Below are positions 13,837 to 22,999 of a DNA stretch of 64,000 nt, in pieces. The notes below the pieces were generated by a model. That model saw nothing but the letters and a program-made list of their open reading frames with translations, did no database searches and was not told where the DNA came from. The position numbers and the translations under genes were made by a program. The stretch covers positions 23,934,001-23,998,000 of the forward strand of contig CM052832.1 in NCBI GenBank assembly GCA_028534125.1. The letters run 5' to 3'. This stretch comes from Lama glama. Lineage: Eukaryota. Each line of letters begins with the position of its first letter. Within the stretch, counting starts at the first letter, position 1.

Positions 13837-14200
13837 CTATTGCATCCGGTCCGTCTGCAGCTGCTGGGGCTGGTACTGGCCGAAGGCGGCGGCGGCGGCC
13901 GCGGCGGCGGCGGCGGCGGCCGCGGTCCCAGGCGCGGCGGCGGTGATTGGCTGCTGCACGGCGTAGCCGTAGCCCCCGGCGGTGACGTAGCCCGCGGCGG
14001 CGGGGGAGGCGGCGTACGGGTACTGCTCGTAGGCGGCGGCCGCGGCGGCGGCGGCCGCGGCGGCCGAGTACTGTGCGTACGCGGCGCCGGTGTAGTCGAT
14101 GTAAGGTGTGGTGGAGGCGGCGGCCGCCGTGGGCTGCACGTGGGGGATGACCACCCCCGGCTGCACGAAAGCCTGCGGATAGACATAGTGGGCAGGTATC
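13837..14200 (-). CDS. RBM24: RBM24 coding exon 4 (Ala/Tyr/Gln-rich C-terminus, TAG stop)
   Basis: TTTCTCAACAG acceptor then (G)[24 protein letters not shown]...YPYAASPA...[15 protein letters not shown]. Spliced CDS = 168+124+55+364 = 711 nt. Confidence 0.98.
13885..13923 (-). repeat. Imperfect (GCC/GCG)13 encoding a 13-Ala tract
   Basis: Direct read of the codons in exon 4. Confidence 0.95.
14032..14064 (-). repeat. Imperfect (GCC/GCG)11 encoding an 11-Ala tract
   Basis: Direct read of the codons in exon 4. Confidence 0.95.
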
Positions 14201-16394
14201 CTGTTGAGAAACGGAAAACAGAGTCAGGCAGGAGTCGCCTCCTGTCTGGAGCGTGGCTCGTTCAGAGATAAGACAGACTCAAATTTAGTGGTTATTATGA
14301 GCATAGGGTTGCCACAATATCTCCTTGCCAGCGATCTGTGCAAGTCCTCTGGCGGTAGCCCAAACCATGGAGTGCCCCGGAAGGAGTTCAACAATGAAAA
14401 TGGGATGCCCTCCCTGCCAGAATTTGTTATTTAGGATCTTTTTAGAACCAATAAATATCATCGAGCAGAAGTTTGGAAAGATAAATCAAAGTTCATGAGG
14501 GCCTCGCACACAAGAGATATTTAATAAATGCTTAATTGACGAAGACTTCAACAAATTTTGTAATCAGTTCGTCCACCAAAAATGGTTTAGCAAATAGAAG
14601 AATTCTTAGCAGTGAATATAGGACTCAGAAGGGAAGCCGTGATCGTTTAATTCCGTAAGGGTGTTGGCCAGTTTCTGAAAACTAAATTTCAAGAAAATCC
14701 CTGTTTATTATCATGGCAACCCTACTTGAAATTGCTATGCAGACTCAGCACACATTAATCTCTCTGCAACCTCAGTCACCCTTATTAAAAATAATAATAA
14801 AAAAGAAGCAGGCGACAAAATAAAAAAAGGAGTTTAAAAGTTCACAAGTGTGGTAAACACAGCAGAATCACACTTCTCAAACGAACTGTAGTGCAGCTCA
14901 CTCTATCACAAGAGGCTGTTGTGGGAAGCTACAGAAATGCTATTAACATTCATGGCAGTGATTCCCAAAGAGATGTGCAGCACGCTTGTCTTTCTTTCTT
15001 TCTTTCTCTCCATTAAATTCATAAGGACACAAGGGTCAATCAAACCTGTTTGACTATCAGGCAACCGAAGGTCAGCCAGCTTGTTTATCTCTATGCAAGA
15101 CAGACAGAAGGGGTTTTGGGGAAATGATGAGGTTGAGGAAAAGGCAGGGATAGGGAAACACAACTAAATGTTTCTAAAATTAGTATCAACTCAAAAGGAT
15201 TACATAATAATAAGGTTAAGGAAACATTTTTTGTGTGTATCTACTAAACTCTTGTTTTATCCTCTAACTCACCAGAAATAGATTTATTAAGCGTATCTGT
15301 TTTAAATCTTCCCTACTGGTAGATGTTTTATACAAATCAATTCTATTACTAGGTATTCTCCTACAAAAGTTCTAGAAAGTGAAACAAAATCGAGGACCTT
15401 TCAAAATTATACATTCAGAGGTCACATACAAGACACACTCCAATGACCTTACTTATAAGTTAATTTTGTTAAAAAAAATCACAAGAGGTATTAAAAAAAA
15501 CATGCATCTCAATCCTCACTCTTGCGATTCATACCTGCCCACTTAAAATGCTACCATTAATATCTGACTTATTTTTATCCTTCTTTAGAATAATCTCCAT
15601 CAAAACCGCCTATATTTCTAAAAATATGACACTATGATGCTATCTGGTTATTACCAAAGGCAACTTGCAAGAAGTACAAGCACAAAGAACAATCTTCAAA
15701 TTTTAAAACCTCAAAACAGAAAACTTCATCTCTAGATTTCAAAACCATAAATTTTGCTTCGCCTTTTCCGAGTTTTACTGAAAGCGCTCATTAATGAACA
15801 TCCATGGAAAAGATGAATTTATCACAGAGGGAAGTGAACTTTGACCCCAATGATAAAAATACACTCAATTTTACTAGACTTGTAGATCTTTCCCAGTGCC
15901 AGGAGAAACGACGTCATCGAGTGTTTCTGAGGACACTTAGAGATGTTCTTGACTGCTTGTCAGAAACCAGAAGCGTGGTCATGCACACACTCAGACCTTC
16001 TCTGCGAGTCAGGTGACTGGCTCACTCACAGCGACAGGTGTGGCTTTATGAAACACTGTCCCTGGAGGCCGCTGTGTCCACGATGTGCAGACACGGCTGA
16101 GAGAGCCTACAGTCATGCCAGTTTGCATGTGGTGACGGACAGCAGGGGCTGCAGCCGGGCTATTTTTGATCCTGTCATGCGACAAGGGCTTCCAGCGGGT
16201 AAAATGTCTTTATAAGGCCAAAGTAAAACATCTATCAGCTGCAAAGGCCAGCCAGTATGAATCTCACTGATACTGAAACATTAACCCCTGAACTCCCGAA
16301 GCTCCAAGGACAATAAGATGGCTGCTAGGCTTGTATCTTTGAATAAAGGTGGTAACTGAAAATAAGTTTAGCCCACAAAAAGGCAGGATAAAAT

Positions 16395-16418
16395 TGTGTG
16401 TGTGTGTGTGTGTGTGTG
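16395..16418. repeat. (TG)12 microsatellite in RBM24 intron 3
   Basis: Direct read. Confidence 0.95.
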
Positions 16419-17639
16419 TATTTGAAGAATGCTTTAAATGATAGCTAAGCAGGGCTGCCTGCAGGACTCTTGTCCCTGTATTATTTTTTACATTAATAGT
16501 TTTCATTTGATAATGCCAGCCAATCAGAGTATGAGGTTCCCTGGAATATCAGAAACCTACATGAAGTCTGGCAAGAGTTAGGATGACATCTGGAAGGCAA
16601 ATGAAACCCTAGAGTATTTTAAGGCTGAGGGAAAGGAGGACCCAGGAGCCCATGGAGAGAAGAAAATATCTCAGTCCAGGAAGGGAGGCAGTATTGGAAT
16701 TAAGGGTGAAGTGGCACTGCAGAAGCAATTCCTGTATTAGGAGTTCCTTTAATAGTCTCCAGAGCCCATTACAGCAATTTGGGAATCTCCCTCCTACTAG
16801 ACAGATACCAGCATCCTTCCCCTCACTGAATCACAGAATGTACATCCTAACAGTAATAAAAACACAAGAGCAAAACAGACACCTTGGGCAATTTTCAAAG
16901 AAAATTTGCTATGTTTTCCTTTTCTTCCTGCCTCTTCAAGGCCCTTCTGATCTCTCTGTGACTTTTGATATCCTTAAGGGTTTCCTCTTCCAACCTATCA
17001 CAGAAATGCTGACAAGTCTTCATGTCATTCACTGGTACAAAGTAATCTAGGTCCCTAACCTTGTACCAGACTAAGTGCACCATTTCTTAAACTTTGGCCT
17101 GCCAGGCCTTTTACACTTCTGGCTCCAAAAGACTTTTTTTCCCAGTATTTCTTCCCACCTTTCCCTGAACCTAGGTCAGCCGGACCACTGTTGACTGGAC
17201 ACGCCACACGTTCCTAAAGCCTCACCTTGGCTGGTGACACCCCTCCACCAATCCTCACTCCATCTCTACCTGGTGAAGTCCCAGCCCCATCCAGCCTAGC
17301 TCTACCACTATGTGTAAAGCTTCGGGAATTTGCTTCACCTTGTAGTCTCACATATTTCTCATAACTAAAATGAACGTAATATTTCTCACCCTGAATTATT
17401 GTGTACTAAATAGAATTATCTGTGTGAAGAGCCTACAGTAAGGAACATACTCACTGCTAAAGTTCCCTATCCTCCCTCATGACCTTTAAAATCTAGGTCA
17501 GCTTCTACCTCCTTCATGAAGACTTCCTGGATCCCACCCACCTGATGTCACTCTGCCTCATCTGAAGCCATATGGACAGCTTTCTCGATGCTTCTCAGTT
17601 TTCTTACGAGATTACAGGCGAGAGTGGAGTGGTGTCTCT

Positions 17640-17900
17640 TTGGCTACAGCTTGACACAGAGGAAAGAACGTGGCTTTTGAGGTCAGGCAAACCATGATTC
17701 CCAGCCTAGAACCAGACTCTATCACGTAGTAGCCCCTGTGGAAAGTTAATTAACCTCCCTGAATCTCAGTTTTTTCATCCGTGGAAAAGACACTAACAGT
17801 GCCTTCATCAAATAATTATTGATAATGAAATTATATAATTTATGTAAATCGTATATCAGTACTAGGCATGTTGCAGGTGTCGAATTCCTGTTAGTTATGG
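17640..17900 (+). mobile_element. MIR SINE
   Basis: gaaagaacgtggcttttgaggtcaggc...aagttaattaacctccctgaatctcagttttttcatccgt. Confidence 0.7.
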
Positions 17901-20761
17901 TCCCTCCTGCCCTCCTTGGTGGACAGTATAATACCTAGAATGTGTTAACACAACCAGCATAAAACTTAGCACTTAAAGGAGTACTGAGTAAATGTTTAAG
18001 TGTATTTCAACCTGATCTGAACTAGCCTGGAATTTACCTACAGATCCAAAGTTTCTCCTCCCCAAGGTTTTGATAAGAAAATGCTTCTTTCAAATATAAA
18101 ATATTTATAAGATACTGTTTAGCAAATCCACACATTTCTATACACCTGCCCACTGTGTTACATCAGAAATTCCTTCAGGCTAAAATTTTCTCTTTAAAGG
18201 TTCAAAGTAATCTGGGGGCCATTTAAGGACTATATATATAAAAAAAGTTTAGTTCCTAGAATTTCAAACAAGTCAAGTAAGATTAAAAATTCTCAAGCTT
18301 CTTTCCAGGCCTAAAATAGAACATTTGGCATTCAGATAGAATTTAGGATGACCAGGTGTGATTTGTTAGGTACAGACTCTGGGAGTTGGAGCTGTGTTAA
18401 GAACCCCTTAAAAAAGAAAGAGAAGGCTTGCTTAGTCTATCTGGAGTGCTGTCTATTTCTAATGAGAATCTCAAGTTCAGACAATTTATGCAAACAGTAA
18501 TAATCATCATCCTTTATAAAGACAGCTCATATGGGAAGGGATGAAAAACCAATAGTTCCTACTAAAAACATGCTTGATTTGAAATTCCTACATGACACAT
18601 TTTATTCTGGTTGTTATTACCCTTGTGCTACTTTCTTTCTCAAGAAGCTATCAGAGTACCACAACCAGTCCACAGTTCTATGTCTAGCTCTCAGGACCCT
18701 CCATAAAAAGTCTGGTTTCTCCACGCACTGAGTCTTTTCTCCTCTGTGCTCATGCTCTCATCCTGTACCCTTCAGACATGTTCCTTCTTCCTAGTACCTG
18801 TTCAGGACATACCCAGTGGTCCAAGTCTAGCTCCAGTCATCACGAAGCCTTGTCCAACTCCTCCAACTCTCTGATATTCTTGCTATTCTGAATTCCTTTT
18901 GTACTTAATACCGAGTAATGTAGCAATGAACAGTTCCCGATTGGCTTGTGTTAGTCTTCCTTCCTAAACTCAAGTGCCATCTCCTTGTTTTGTACTCCTG
19001 ACTAGCATGGAGAAAAATAAACATGCTAAGACCAGTTAATGGATTTAGTCGTCTAACAACCGTTTGGAGATTATGAACGTGAGATCATGCCTAAGTTCAC
19101 CATCATTCCTTAAGATGTCTGTTCCCCTCCCCAATCCTACCTTAAATGTAGTCTAGACCAAGAAGAGGGGGATCCACAGAAGTATGTGGACCCACCAACC
19201 CACCATTGTCAGTAGCCAGAATGGTTTGAATGGGGCATTAATAAAAAGGATATATGAAGGCCCTTTGTCATCTATTGGATAGAAGACTCTTCTATGGTTA
19301 AAAAAAGTAAGAGTTGGTAGTAAGAGTGAAGCACCGATCTATTAAAGGGATGGTTATAAAGAAGGGATTCATGGAAAATATAACTTGACTCTTCCCAGTC
19401 AAATTATTATTACTTTTTTGGATCTAGTCTTGGAGACACATAAGGTAGACAGAGTCCAACCTTCCAGGTCACACATGTAGATGTTTAGGCGCTGAGCTAG
19501 ACAAGAAATGACTGCTGAGGATGAAACACTTCCAAACAGTTAGAATATTTAAAAAGAGAGTGTAAATCTCTGACATGAGAGTTACAGCCATGCTGATCAG
19601 GTAGAATACAGATGAAAAAGACCCTAGGTGTTCAGAATAAACTGAGGTGGTTGGGGCTCTCCCATCCATATCAGGTCTGAATGGAAGGGAACTGAGGGAG
19701 CTTGGACTAGGAGAGCTGGTAATCACAAAACCTCACAGAACACAAATCGACATCAGACCTGAGTCAGGTCTGAAAGGTGGAAGTTAATGCTACTCTACTG
19801 AAAACGCTGGCTACTGTTAGTGAAATCTAATGAGAGTCGTTGATCCTTTAAATGAGAAGGTCTAAAAGTGGATACACGTTGCCAAATAAAGAATCCCATT
19901 CCCAGAAAAACTCCCCAGGAAAACAGAAACTTAGGACATGCAAGCAATGAATCTGTATTCTTACAGAGGGAAATCACACCATTTAGCACTCACTACAAAA
20001 ATATGGTTAAATGGAAGTCACAGGCTACAGCTTCAAAGCAAGGAAAATAAAAGGCCCTTTGCTTCCCATGGCAAAGTCAAAAGTCAACACCCGTCAACAC
20101 CACCACCAAAACCCAAAACACAAAGAGCCCCTTCCCCGAGGAAAAGAAAACACTTTCACTACAGCTCTTTTCAATTAAGTAAAAAAGCACACAGTTTAGC
20201 TATCAACACCACTTCATTACTGTAATAAATAAAATAAAGCACACGGAGGTCTATTGACTATTGTGAAAAATAAAACAACACCACCAACATCCATGCATCG
20301 TTAATCACCATCTGAGCTTGTGTGTCTGAGTCTACTGGTTACAGAGTTTAACTCCAAACAGAACTATTCCACCTCTTATCATGGTATCCTTCTGATCAGT
20401 TAGCTTAACTGTATACGAGCCCTGTCAGGTTAGAAAGAGATAAATACAATTGAGTCAAGTTGAACAGCAGTCATGGTGTTGGGACACAATCGTCTTGTAC
20501 ACAAGTCATACCTGGTATTTTGTTTTGTTTTGTTAATCATAAGCTCAAAAATGTGTCTGTTTGGAGGCTGCATACTTGGTCAGATAACTTGACTCATCTA
20601 AAAACATTTATGTTACCGGCATTAAAAATACACAAACATATGTAAATATGTATAACCAGAAACATTCTGTGACATGATGGCCTTGACTGGATATAATAAA
20701 GAGGCAAGTTAACAAATGGTAGCCATATTGAATCAGAGGAGGGTCTGATTAATTGACTTAC

Positions 20762-20816
20762 CCAAAAGGTCTTTGTATAAGGGCTGGATGAAGCTGTTGA
20801 ACACCAAAGGCAAAAC
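20762..20816 (-). CDS. RBM24: RBM24 coding exon 3 (55 nt)
   Basis: TTAG acceptor, (G)FAFGVQQLHPALIQRPF(G), GG|GTAAGT donor. Phases 1 and 2 match the flanking exons. This frame is not in the ORF track and was found by manual translation. Confidence 0.96.
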
Positions 20817-20940
20817 CTAACAATAAAACATATCATACTTTCTGTTTGTGCACGATTAGGCATTTATTACTGCTACATATAAAATACATCTTTTCACTTA
20901 GAAAAAGTAATTGTTCTTCTAATACTTTAGAGAAAATACA

Positions 20941-21069
20941 ATAAATATGTTTTTAAAAGCCATTTTACTAATGTTATCGTTGATCTAAATGAAAATTTTA
21001 ATAAATATTATAAATATACTTTTAAAAGTCATTTTACTAACATTATCATTAATCTAAACAAAAATTTTA
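20941..21069. repeat. Tandem duplication of a 60-bp unit in RBM24 intron 2
   Basis: Copies at 20941-21000 and 21010-21069, 51/60 identical by manual alignment. Confidence 0.9.
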
Positions 21070-22312
21070 ACAGGCTACAAGTGGAAACTAAAAATGATCT
21101 GCAAAGTTTAGTTGACAGACACAGACTAAGACCTTAGAAAATTAGACCTGTGAGAAGTTCTTGTGGAAAGAAAGCAAGAATAATAGGGCTTGATAATGAA
21201 GTTACATGTCACAAATAGTCCTACAACTCTGAATCATTATTTTAAAAGTCTTTTTCTTAATTTGGAACATTCTGGAATGCTCTGGACAATGCTTTTGGAA
21301 GATTATGGATTTTATAGATTATAGTATTAAAGTTCACAAAAACAAACTCTTCTTTCTTTTCTGGATAGTGTACACACACACTGTATTAGACAAATATGTT
21401 TTTTAATGCTCATGGATATTTGCATATGTACTCCCTTTTGTGACAACCTACTTTCCCAGTAAATCTATTTGGATGGAAGTGTCCACCTCTTTCCAAAATC
21501 TCAGGTGGAATGACTTAAGAGTGAAGAGTATAAAACTTAAAGTTGCGTGCTGAAGCAAAAGATTTTATTTGTTCTATAGTCAACTCACAATTATATGTGC
21601 TAATGCAACAGGCAGTGTTGTAAATAATCCCAAAGGTCACGATTTCACATAGACAAAATTCTGCTCCTTTTTGGTGACTAATAGCTATGTGACTTTGGAG
21701 TAAACCATTTCTCATGTCTAAGCATCAGTTTCTTCATCTGTAACAGACGGATCCTAGAGTAGCTGAAATCTCTCCATTTCTTTCATCGCTAATATTCTGT
21801 AATTTTATATTACATTTACCACCCAGACACCACCCCTACCCTATGCTTCTCTCTTCGGTCAGTGTTCAAGCTGGATTGCCTGCTCGGAACACAGGGCAGC
21901 TGGTGGCAAAAGGAGAGAAAACACTAGGCAGATAAGTATAACCAGCCGGAGTTGACAAATTTGGTCCGTATCATCCACGTGTGGATGATCTACAAGTGGC
22001 TACAAAGCGGAAAATGGGGAGAGAGGACTATGGCTGTATACAGGAAACAGAGGAGTCAAGCTCAAGTCTGAGTGTGCACAAACTGTCCCTCACAACTGTT
22101 TTTTGCCCAAAGGTACATTTCAAGTCCTCAAAGGAGTGTGTACAGCTCTCATCTATCTTTATTGCCTTGGTAGAATAACCAGCCGTGGTTCGACTTCACT
22201 AAACACACCTACAGATTCTCAGGGAACCAGTGTCTTCTGAATCAGGGATTCATTCTATTCAGAAGTGGGGGTCTCTAGTGGAGGAAGGAGGGACTCAAGC
22301 AACATTTCTCAC

Positions 22313-22436
22313 CTGGTTGCATGATCCTTGGTTTTGCTCCCAAGTATGCCAGATTCACGTTGGCCTTCCTGCCATCAATGATGGGGTTGGGATCCTTGCA
22401 GGCTCTTTCAGCAGCAGCCCGGTCAGCCATGGTGAC
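22313..22436 (-). CDS. RBM24: RBM24 coding exon 2 (124 nt, rest of RRM)
   Basis: TAAG acceptor then [41 protein letters not shown] plus 1 nt, then CAG|GTGAG donor; in frame with exon 1. Confidence 0.98.
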
Positions 22437-22999
22437 CTTAGCAACACACACACATAGACATACACACAAAGCTCTAAATCAGCCCCTGAAGGAAACCGAG
22501 AATCACTGGAAGAAGTCATTCGTGTTAATGAAACTGAAGGGGTTCTTAAACTTTTTTTTCTTTCTTTCTTTCTCTCTCTTTTTTTTTCTTTTTTGGCAGG
22601 AACTTACTCCTTGATCCAAAGGAATAAGAAGAAAACAGAAACGAGGAAAGAAAGAAATACCACCCCCACCCCCCAAAGTCCTAAGGGTGCTGGTAGGGCC
22701 TAGCAGAGCTCTGGAAGCCTGAATTCCGTCTTAGAACTCCTCTAGGTCCCCCCTCCCCCGACCATTCCCCAGGTCCCTACCCGGCTTGAGAGGCACTGTT
22801 TGCTCTAAAGAAAGACCAGCTTCACATCCGCCCGGTGTTCCCAACCCCATAAACACTCCCCAACGACAATAGCTATTGTCCTACGCTGGGGCTACCCGCT
22901 CCTCGGCAGCTGAATTTGCACGCTTAAATCTCCAGGAAGCTTACTATGCTCTCTTTCAGTTCGGCAAAGAGCCAAAGGATCATCTTTGAAAAGAACCCA

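Noticed and set aside
13783..14271. 162-aa Gly-rich ORF antisense to RBM24 exon 4
   Set aside because: It mirrors the GCC/GCG Ala codons, has a TTG start, and shows no independent gene signals.
20941..21069. CRISPR-like or other prokaryotic array/defence system
   Set aside because: Only two adjacent copies with no spacers; the whole window is mammalian intron/exon and retroelement sequence.
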